A stretch of DNA of 64,000 bases from assembly GCA_018823045.1 (NCBI GenBank), contig JAHJIX010000002.1:64846-128845 (forward strand), written 5' to 3'. Source of the stretch: Patescibacteria group bacterium. Lineage in GTDB: Bacteria > Patescibacteriota > Patescibacteriia > Magasanikbacterales > UBA922. This document shows, one piece after another, positions 56,615-64,000 of the stretch. The notes below the pieces were generated by a model. That model saw only the letters and a program-made list of their open reading frames with translations, was not told the DNA's origin and made no database searches. Positions within the stretch are counted from its first letter, which is position 1. Every line of letters begins with the position of its first letter. The position numbers and the translations under genes are program-made.

Positions 56615-57583
56615 ATGTTTCATCTTATTACCGTCGGAGACACAACCCTTGATACCTTTATTATTATTGATGATACATCAAAACAAGTATCTCTTAATGC
56701 TGCCAAAAAATTATTATGTTTTAATTTTGCAGATAAAATTCCACTCAACCATATTGCACAATCAACTGGTGGAAATGCCGCAAATGTTGCCGTTGGCGCC
56801 AAAAAATTAGGGTTGCGCACTGCGCTTGTTACTGAATTAGGTGATGATATAAATGGCTATACCATTCATCAAGATTTAGAAGATTCTGGAATAGACACCT
56901 CATATATTAATATAAGAAAAAACAAAGAAACTCGTTTTTCTATTGTACTTAATTGTCAAAGTGAACGAACTATTTTATCATATCATGCACCGCGCACATA
57001 TACACTGCCAAAATTACCAAAAACAGAATGGGTATATTATACATCCCTAGGAAAAGGATTTGAAAAAATACAAGATCATATTAAAATATATTTGAAAAAA
57101 AATCCAAAAACAAAATTAGCAATCAATCCTGGTTCTTATCAAATGAATCATGGTCAAAAATATATAAAAGAAATTATTCCCCTTACAGATATCCTCTTTA
57201 TCAACAAAGAAGAAGCTGCACTACTCATTGGTAAAAACATGACTATCAAAAAAAGTATACGCCAATTACACACACTCGGCGCAAAAACAGTAGTCATTAC
57301 TGATGGAACAAATGGAGCACACGCCTCTGATGGTCAACAAATTTTTTTTATGCCTGTTTATCCGATTATTGCTCAAGCAAAAACAGGAGCAGGCGATGCT
57401 TTCACTAGTGGGTTTCTCTCGGCAACTATTTTAAAAAAAGATATTGAAACAGCCCTCCGTTGGGGAACGGCCAACGCTGGCGGAGTTATCCAAAAAATAG
57501 GCGCACAAAAAGGACTTCTCAACATATCAGGGATTAACCGTATTTGTAAAAAATATAAAACAATTATTCCAAGTAAACGATAA
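56615..57583 (+). CDS. PfkB-family carbohydrate kinase (ribokinase-like)
   Basis: GAGDAFTSGFL signature. GG N-terminal motif. Confidence 0.75.
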   Translation: MFHLITVGDTTLDTFIIIDDTSKQVSLNAAKKLLCFNFADKIPLNHIAQSTGGNAANVAVGAKKLGLRTALVTELGDDINGYTIHQDLEDSGIDTSYINIRKNKETRFSIVLNCQSERTILSYHAPRTYTLPKLPKTEWVYYTSLGKGFEKIQDHIKIYLKKNPKTKLAINPGSYQMNHGQKYIKEIIPLTDILFINKEEAALLIGKNMTIKKSIRQLHTLGAKTVVITDGTNGAHASDGQQIFFMPVYPIIAQAKTGAGDAFTSGFLSATILKKDIETALRWGTANAGGVIQKIGAQKGLLNISGINRICKKYKTIIPSKR

Positions 57584-57700
57584 ATATATAAAAACTTATT
57601 CAACAAAATAACATTGACTTTTTTGTGTTTTTAAGCTATACTCATAGCGCTTTATTTAGGCACCTTTTAACTGATAATCCATACATTATTTTTTAATTAC

Positions 57701-58987
57701 ATGGCCACAAAAAAAGAGCCACAAAATATTATCCTCTATGTTGGAGCGATATATGGCCACATGATTGACGCAATACGCGATTATCAAAAAAAGAATAAAC
57801 AATTATATCGTATTGGTCTTATTTATCATACAAAAAATCAATTAGACTCATTTACTTCTTCACATTTGAAAAAATTAGATGTTATTATCCCTTGTAATTT
57901 AGATGATGATTTAGCTATAAAAAAAGCACTTGCCCCCTATGATAGGCAAATATTGACGCTTACTTGCCGCCCAGAATCGTCAATTCCTGATCTTATAAAG
58001 ATTATTCCACATATTCCCTATATACATCACCCAACAGTTCGCTCACTTGAGCTTGCCACTGATAAAATAAAAATGCGTGAATGTCTACAAAAAAATTGCC
58101 CAAAATTAAACCCCAAATATACTGTTATTACTGACCAAAATAAACAGTCTATAAAACAAATTAAAGAAATAGTTGGTTTTCCCCTTATTGTAAAACCATC
58201 AGGGCTTGCCGCCAGTCGATTAGTCAGTATATGTTTCCACCAAGAAGAGTTAGAACAAGTACTTAAGAAAATCTTCAAAAAAATAGAATCGGTCTATAAA
58301 GAAACCCACGGAACAGGCACGCCCCAGGTACTGATAGAACAATTTATGGAGGGAAAAATGTATTCAATTGACGCGTATGTTAATCAAAAAGGAGAATCGG
58401 CATTTTGTCCAATGGTTTATGTAAAAACAGGAAGAGAAATAGGATTTGATGACTTTTTTGGATATGAACAACGAACACCAACCATTTTAAGTAAAGATAA
58501 TGAAGAAACGGCTAAAATACTTGCCAAAAAGGCCATAAAAGCAATTGGTCTTAAAAATACGACCGTGCACATTGAGCTTATGAGAGAGGAGCAGGGTTGG
58601 AAAATGATTGAAATGGGGCCTCGCACAGGAGGATTTAGACACATGATGTATGAACACGCCTTTGGCATTAATCATACCATGAACGATGTCCTTACTCGTA
58701 TTGGGAAAAAACCTATACTCCCCAAAGAACAAAAAGGGTATGCCGTTGCTATGAAATTCTTTGCCAAAAAAGAAGGGCGACTACATAAAATGACGGGCAT
58801 TAAAAAATTACAATTTCTTAACTCATTTAAACGTCTGTACACCAATAAAAAAATTGGTGACCTCTGCCGCTTTGCTAAGCATGGTGGGAGCAGTGTATTT
58901 AATATCATTATGTTTAATCCCGATCGATCTGTATTACTTGCAGATATCCGTCGTCTTGAGCAAATGATTTCTATAGAAGTAAAATAA
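57701..58987 (+). CDS. ATP-grasp domain protein
   Basis: GFPLIVKPSGLAASRLVSIC and other ATP-grasp motifs. 428 aa. Confidence 0.55.
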   Translation: MATKKEPQNIILYVGAIYGHMIDAIRDYQKKNKQLYRIGLIYHTKNQLDSFTSSHLKKLDVIIPCNLDDDLAIKKALAPYDRQILTLTCRPESSIPDLIKIIPHIPYIHHPTVRSLELATDKIKMRECLQKNCPKLNPKYTVITDQNKQSIKQIKEIVGFPLIVKPSGLAASRLVSICFHQEELEQVLKKIFKKIESVYKETHGTGTPQVLIEQFMEGKMYSIDAYVNQKGESAFCPMVYVKTGREIGFDDFFGYEQRTPTILSKDNEETAKILAKKAIKAIGLKNTTVHIELMREEQGWKMIEMGPRTGGFRHMMYEHAFGINHTMNDVLTRIGKKPILPKEQKGYAVAMKFFAKKEGRLHKMTGIKKLQFLNSFKRLYTNKKIGDLCRFAKHGGSSVFNIIMFNPDRSVLLADIRRLEQMISIEVK

Positions 58988-58988
58988 T

Positions 58989-59957
58989 ATGAACATTTAT
59001 AGTCTTACATTTTCTAGCAAAAAAAAGATGAGTAATGTAACAAAAAAAGATTTTGAGTTACTCGAAGAAGCTGCTGAAAAAAGAGGTCATAAGCTTAAAC
59101 TTATTTTTGCAAACGATTGCCAGCTTCAATTTTCAAAAAAAACTCTTGGAATTAAAGTTGATGGAAAAAAACCAAAAGATTTATATGCACTTCTTATTCG
59201 AGCCAATTTTCTTGGAACTGATTTAGATTTTCATTCAAGCATCATTAAACAATTTGAACTGACCGGTATTGATGTGATCAACAAACATAGTGCCGTTATT
59301 CGTGCTAAAAATAAAGTAAAAACTCTCCAGGTTCTTAAACAAAATAAAATTCCTATTCCACACACTTATGTTGTGCGATCAGCAGAACACATCGATCAAG
59401 TAGTAAAAGATATTGGAAAATACCCTGTTATTATGAAATCTTTCTCTGGTTCTCACGGATTAGGTGTTGCTATTGTAGAATCAAAACGAGGACTAAAATC
59501 AATGATAGAACTCATTATTGAGGATGAAAGTACACCACCGCTCACTATTCAAGAATATATTGAAGAGTCCTCAGGAAAAGATATCCGTGTATTTATTGTT
59601 GGTGGTAAAATTATAGCAGCCATGGAACGTATTGCTCTTGCTCGAGATGAATTTAGATCAAACTTTCATTTAGGTGGAGAAGTAAAGCGTGTCCAACTTA
59701 CTCCAAAAGAAAAAAAAGTTGCTCTTGCTGCCACAAAAGCCTGTGAGCTTGATATGGCAGGTGTTGATATTTTAAGATCAAACAAGGGCCCTAGAATTTT
59801 AGAAGTGAACGCAAACCCAGGATTAGAAGGAATTACAAAAGCAACTGGTATTGATGTCGCAGGAGCAATTATTGATTATACAATAGAAAGGACAGAAAAA
59901 GAGCGCCGAAAAAAACTTCGCAAAAAGAAAATAAAAAAAGCACTCCATATTTCATAA
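58989..59957 (+). CDS. RimK-like ATP-grasp ligase with Lys/Arg-rich C-terminal tail
   Basis: YPVIMKSFSGSHGLGV, ILEVNANPGLEGI, and tail EKERRKKLRKKKIKK. Confidence 0.65.
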   Translation: MNIYSLTFSSKKKMSNVTKKDFELLEEAAEKRGHKLKLIFANDCQLQFSKKTLGIKVDGKKPKDLYALLIRANFLGTDLDFHSSIIKQFELTGIDVINKHSAVIRAKNKVKTLQVLKQNKIPIPHTYVVRSAEHIDQVVKDIGKYPVIMKSFSGSHGLGVAIVESKRGLKSMIELIIEDESTPPLTIQEYIEESSGKDIRVFIVGGKIIAAMERIALARDEFRSNFHLGGEVKRVQLTPKEKKVALAATKACELDMAGVDILRSNKGPRILEVNANPGLEGITKATGIDVAGAIIDYTIERTEKERRKKLRKKKIKKALHIS

Positions 59958-59961
59958 ATAA

Positions 59962-59992
59962 AAAAATCGCATAGTATGCGATTTTTTTATTT
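59962..59992 (+). terminator. rho-independent terminator
   Basis: AAAAATCGCATA-gta-TGCGATTTTTTT. Confidence 0.7.
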
Positions 59993-60004
59993 TCTTTTTA
60001 ATTG

Positions 60005-60673
60005 CTACACATTTCCACTGTCAATTTGCCCTTGAAACCAAGCACGTTTTTCTTTTATGTCTTCAACATGAGGAAGCACTTCTAGTTTTGCAAAGCCACG
60101 CTTTACAAAAGCAACATACTCATCAATTTCTGTGTTCCACTTATTTTGATCGTTTTTAAGTGCCTGTATATCGTGGAGTAATTGCAATATAATATTACGC
60201 CTCTCTTCAAACTGTCGTACTAACGTTTGGTAATCAGCATACGCACTCTCAGCAATTAAATTACGTACATAACTTTTTGCATGATCCTTTCCGGCAACAA
60301 ACGCCTCTTCTATCATAATATTTTCTTCTGCCGTAAACGCATCCTCAAACACTTTTCCATGACGAAAATCATGAATATTTCCGCCGGCACTTATAAAACT
60401 TTTCCATTTTTCTTGTAACTCAAAAGACAAATGTGTCACAAAAAACTCACGCTCTTTTTCTTCTCCGTGTTGCTCATAAAGCACAGCCTCAGCCTGAAGA
60501 TATGGCCAAATTTGTTTTGCAAAAGCAATCATTACCCGCTCAACATCATCATCTGTTGGGTGTGTGTCTGCTAATCGCTTATATGCATCTTGCGCTTGCT
60601 CAAATACTTCAGGAGTAACACCATACGGATATGTACGCAATAATTGTGAAAATAATACTAATGTTGGATTCAT
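60005..60673 (-). CDS. hypothetical protein, paralog 1 of a tandem pair
   Basis: Shares WPY, F..GG..F, T.E motifs with 60670..61374. Confidence 0.45.
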   Translation of the reverse strand: MNPTLVLFSQLLRTYPYGVTPEVFEQAQDAYKRLADTHPTDDDVERVMIAFAKQIWPYLQAEAVLYEQHGEEKEREFFVTHLSFELQEKWKSFISAGGNIHDFRHGKVFEDAFTAEENIMIEEAFVAGKDHAKSYVRNLIAESAYADYQTLVRQFEERRNIILQLLHDIQALKNDQNKWNTEIDEYVAFVKRGFAKLEVLPHVEDIKEKRAWFQGQIDSGNV

Positions 60674-61374
60674 AAAAGATGTCGATTATCATATTTATCT
60701 TTTTTGCGACCAATAAAATGGATTGGTGCTTCACACAGTGCTTCATAGCTCATTTTTGGCCCAAGTAAACTTACCCCATATTCAAATGAGCGAATATGTT
60801 CTCGTATCTCTCCGGCAAGCTCTGGGTGTTCTTGTTCATCTTCTGCCATGGCATGTAAACCAGAGACTAATTGTTCCATATCTGCAAATAGCAATGTAAA
60901 TTCTTCTATCTTCTTTTGATACGCAACTTCTTCTGTAGAAAGTAATCTCTGTACCGTGTAATTCCACAAATCCTTATCTACACCAACCAACTGTTCACAC
61001 AGTTGTTGGCGATCTTCAGGTGTAAGCACAGTATGTAAATCTGCACCACGATAAAATGATCGAAATGTTCCTCCTGATGCAAAAAATTCTTGTACGTGCT
61101 TTTTTGAAACACCGTGTAATTTTTGTAGAAGAAATCTTTCACCAAGCTCTCCTTCATATATCCGATAAAATTCAAAAAAGGCCTCCCGATAAGGCCACAA
61201 CTTTTTTCCAAAAACAATCATTGTTTCTTCTAAAGCCTCAACACTCAGCGTCATATTATTTGCCGCCTGCTCATATGCTGACTGCACATCGGCAACAAGC
61301 TCATCTGGCACCAAAGGTGGCATATGATCTACGAGCTGCTTAAAAATTTGTATAGTGTGTATGCTTGAAGACAT
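60670..61374 (-). CDS. hypothetical protein, paralog 2
   Basis: 4-bp overlap with its downstream paralog. Confidence 0.45.
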   Translation of the reverse strand: MSSSIHTIQIFKQLVDHMPPLVPDELVADVQSAYEQAANNMTLSVEALEETMIVFGKKLWPYREAFFEFYRIYEGELGERFLLQKLHGVSKKHVQEFFASGGTFRSFYRGADLHTVLTPEDRQQLCEQLVGVDKDLWNYTVQRLLSTEEVAYQKKIEEFTLLFADMEQLVSGLHAMAEDEQEHPELAGEIREHIRSFEYGVSLLGPKMSYEALCEAPIHFIGRKKDKYDNRHLL

Positions 61375-61578
61375 AAAAAAAATATCTTGAATAAGCTCTT
61401 AGAACCTATTTAATCTCTCTATGCGAGATCAAAGAGAGATCATTTTTTTCTATTTTTTTGAAAAATAATAAAGTGATGCGGTGTATCAGTAAATTATTTT
61501 GAGAAAAAATAGGAGAAAATTGGCATTTTTGAGTCTGTATAAGAGATGTTAGATGGGCTCTTATACTAGTATACAACA

Positions 61579-62040
61579 TTATGTCACTTGCGCCAACGCA
61601 TACATGGCAACACCTGCGGCAATGCTCACATTTAAACTTTCCTTTTTTCCTTGCATTGGAATATGTACAGTATAGTCCACCATTTGAAGAACCTCTTCAG
61701 ACACTCCATCTACCTCATTACCAACAATTAAAGCGATCTCTTTATCAGATATTTCAGCAGGTATTGATGAAATATTAATACTCTGATTATTTTTTTCGAG
61801 TGCAACAAGAAGCACCCCAATCTCTTGCAGTTCTTTTAATAATGGCAACAGCTCATCACGCGATTCCCAAGAAACCCACGTTTCTGCGCCCAAAGACACT
61901 TTATCAATTTGTGGTTTTGGTGGATGAGCAGTGTACCCCACAAGAAATAATTTTTTTATACCAAACGCATCAGCAGTACGAAACATTGCACCAACATTAT
62001 GACAAGACCGTATATTTGGTAATATTAAAGAAATACCCAT
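61579..62040 (-). CDS. SPOUT-class tRNA (cytidine/uridine-2'-O)-methyltransferase (TrmL/SpoU-like)
   Basis: 153 aa. LVGYTAHPP, GNEVDGVSEE motifs. Confidence 0.7.
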   Translation of the reverse strand: MGISLILPNIRSCHNVGAMFRTADAFGIKKLFLVGYTAHPPKPQIDKVSLGAETWVSWESRDELLPLLKELQEIGVLLVALEKNNQSINISSIPAEISDKEIALIVGNEVDGVSEEVLQMVDYTVHIPMQGKKESLNVSIAAGVAMYALAQVT

Positions 62041-62380
62041 GTGTTATTCTATTATCTTTACAAAATAAATATAATTAAAAACTCATATACCATAGTATAC
62101 GAGTTTTTCAAAATTTTATCCAATCGCGACTTGCGGTAATACGAGACATACCATGCCAAAAAGCACAATGCCTACCACTAAATACATGTACACAAACGAA
62201 CTTTCAGACAATTTTGGTGTGCCTGAAACACCAACACTTTGTTGTGTCATATGTTTCTATTTATATATATATTTGGCATAATGATTGCTATTTGATCATT
62301 ATACTATTATAGTAGTATAGCACAAAATTGACCTTTTGTCAATGGTGTCGTACAATAGAAGTACTGTTTAATATTTTTTT

Positions 62381-63352
62381 ATGTCTCTTGATTCATATAT
62401 CACTCAATTTTTAGAATATTTAGAAATTGAAAGAAACCGCTCACAAAAAACAATACAAAATTATTATTTTTACCTCCACCGATTTTTAGATTGGCACGGA
62501 AGCAAAAAAAAGCCATCCTCTATTAGTGCTGATAGTATTCGCGCCTATCGATTATGGCTCAACCGCCTGATTGACGCGCACGGAGAACCGCTCAAAAAAA
62601 ACACACAAAATTATCATCTTATTGCCTTACGCTCATTTTTAAAATACCTGGCAAAACAAGATGTTCCTACTCTTGCACCAGAAAAAATTGAACTCATGAA
62701 GATGCCCGATCGTGAAGTATCTTTTTTAGCAGGTGACGACCTTGAACGACTACTTGAAGCTCCACTACTCATTTGTTCAGCAAAAAAATTACTTGACCCA
62801 AATACAAAAAAAGGATCAAAAGCACTTATAGTATTACGAGATAAGTCATTTTTAGAATTATTATTTTCAACAGGATTACGTGTTTCTGAAATTGTACATA
62901 TCAAAAAAGAAGAATTAAACCTAACACAAGACGAATTTACCGTACTTGGTAAAGGAGGAAAACGTCGTATTGTCTTTTTGTCTGAACGAGCACGCTTCTG
63001 GATTGAACAATACCTACACAGTCGATCAGATATGAATCCCTATATATTTATTTCTCATGATAAGCGTACTGGAAAACAAGAAGACGAATTTACCCCGATC
63101 ACCCCAAGAACAGCGCAAAGACTCATTCAAAAATATGCAAAAATTGCAGGTATAACAAAACCTATTACACCGCATACCATTCGACACTCATATGCAACTG
63201 ATTTACTCCGCAATGGGGCCGATATCCGCAGCGTACAAGCTATGCTTGGTCACTCATCAATCACTACTACACAAATTTATACCCACATTACCGACAAAGA
63301 ACTTCGGGGGGTACATAAAAAATTTCATGGTAAAAAACGCAAAAATGATTGA
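62381..63352 (+). CDS. tyrosine recombinase (XerC/XerD family)
   Basis: R..HxxR..Y catalytic residues: GLRVSEI, HTIRHSYAT, LGHSSITTTQIYTHI. Confidence 0.8.
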   Translation: MSLDSYITQFLEYLEIERNRSQKTIQNYYFYLHRFLDWHGSKKKPSSISADSIRAYRLWLNRLIDAHGEPLKKNTQNYHLIALRSFLKYLAKQDVPTLAPEKIELMKMPDREVSFLAGDDLERLLEAPLLICSAKKLLDPNTKKGSKALIVLRDKSFLELLFSTGLRVSEIVHIKKEELNLTQDEFTVLGKGGKRRIVFLSERARFWIEQYLHSRSDMNPYIFISHDKRTGKQEDEFTPITPRTAQRLIQKYAKIAGITKPITPHTIRHSYATDLLRNGADIRSVQAMLGHSSITTTQIYTHITDKELRGVHKKFHGKKRKND

Positions 63353-63391
63353 CAAATCCGCTATTTTTAGATACTATAGCAGAGTATTGAA

Positions 63392-63463
63392 GCTCCTGTA
63401 GTTCAATGGATAGAACACCAGCCTTCTAAGCTGGCTATGTAGGTTCGATTCCTACCAGGGGTA
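63392..63463 (+). tRNA. tRNA-Arg (anticodon UCU)
   Basis: D-arm GTTCAATGGATAGAAC. Anticodon loop CUUCUAA. Two G.U wobble pairs in the acceptor stem. No CCA encoded. Followed by a hairpin terminator at 63468..63495. Confidence 0.7.
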
Positions 63464-63555
63464 CGATAAAAACGGCTTTAGCCGTTTTTATTTTTCCTCT
63501 ATCAGTCTTGTCTAAAACATGCTACACTATATATAAAAATAAACAAATCTATTAT

Positions 63556-64000
63556 ATGAATTACCTCTTTTTTTTAGGCAATCACCCCGATCTCTCCGAA
63601 GCAGAAATACGCTCAGTGTGTACAACAATTGGATTAAACCCATCATATACACGAGATGCTGAATATCTTCTTGTTGAGTCAAGCATTGAACTTCCTGTGG
63701 AAGAAATGATTGATGCACTGGGGGGAACAATTAAAATTGCACAACAAGTAGAAGAAAGGAGTAATGACTCTGATATTGTTTCCTATTTACAAACACAAAT
63801 TCCAGAAGGAAAAATTGTATTTTCCCTTAATGCATCACAAAAAAGAGGCATTACACTAAAAAAACAACTTAAAGAATCCGGGCGCTCTGTTCGTTTTATT
63901 GAGCCAAAAAATACAGCCACCATTTTGCACAATGGACTGATTAAGAAAAAAACAGACCTTACTGTTTACCATGGGGCACTCTATGCAAGTGTCGGATTAC
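63556..64000 (+). CDS. partial ORF (runs off the window), possibly the N-terminus of a THUMP-domain RNA methyltransferase
   Basis: MNYLFFLGNHPDLSEAEI resembles THUMP-protein N-termini. Truncated by the window edge. Confidence 0.3.
   Translation, partial: MNYLFFLGNHPDLSEAEIRSVCTTIGLNPSYTRDAEYLLVESSIELPVEEMIDALGGTIKIAQQVEERSNDSDIVSYLQTQIPEGKIVFSLNASQKRGITLKKQLKESGRSVRFIEPKNTATILHNGLIKKKTDLTVYHGALYASVGL

Noticed and set aside
1-64000. Alternative genetic code (UGA recoding as in some CPR lineages)
   Set aside because: Housekeeping genes such as thrS, nrdA and tkt form full-length uninterrupted ORFs under the standard code with plausible stops, so there is no sign of in-frame UGA read-through.

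Overview
The window looks like a low-GC (about 35%), genome-reduced bacterium (CPR/Patescibacteria-like gene content), written in the standard genetic code. No rRNA, CRISPR array or transposase was recognised.

Housekeeping blocks are interleaved with several accessory regions. The housekeeping genes are thrS, a PilB/GspE type-IV-pilus ATPase, nrdB-nrdA (class Ia ribonucleotide reductase), ruvB, transketolase, efp with its lysine ligase epmA, the rpsF-ssb-rpsR operon, galU, a CPA2 antiporter, a PfkB kinase, a TrmL-like methyltransferase and an XerC/D recombinase. There are eight tRNAs in three clusters.

The accessory content is:
- Three large proline/glutamate-rich orphan proteins at the 5' end.
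- A roughly 5 kb island beside tRNA-Leu. It carries two Fic (HPFx[DE]GNGR) genes and a tandem pair of 83-aa paralogs. It also carries a short, strongly GC-rich (about 60-65%) secreted-protein gene driven by a perfect sigma70 consensus promoter. The island is bounded by a 60-bp direct repeat that duplicates the 3' end of nrdB.
- A minus-strand operon (galU through 29094) holding 13 tandem paralogs of small secreted proteins. All share a two-helix hairpin membrane core (consensus YAG[FY]LWMTARGDEGK...IIGLIIV.SAYAI..FV) that resembles TrbC/VirB2 T4SS pilins. The core is fused at either terminus to diversified cysteine-rich ectodomains, and an orphan ABC substrate-binding protein sits inside the array. 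This is the most unusual system in the window.
- Several giant surface proteins: a 1002-aa protein with about seven CGxG...CDDGN...GDGC repeats and a 1227-aa protein with at least five lamin-tail-like domains.
- A RadC / Phd-YefM / hidden RelE-ParE module.
- A tandem pair of ATP-grasp ligases, one of them RimK-like.

Nothing was searched against a database, so every family call comes from motif recognition in the translated ORFs.
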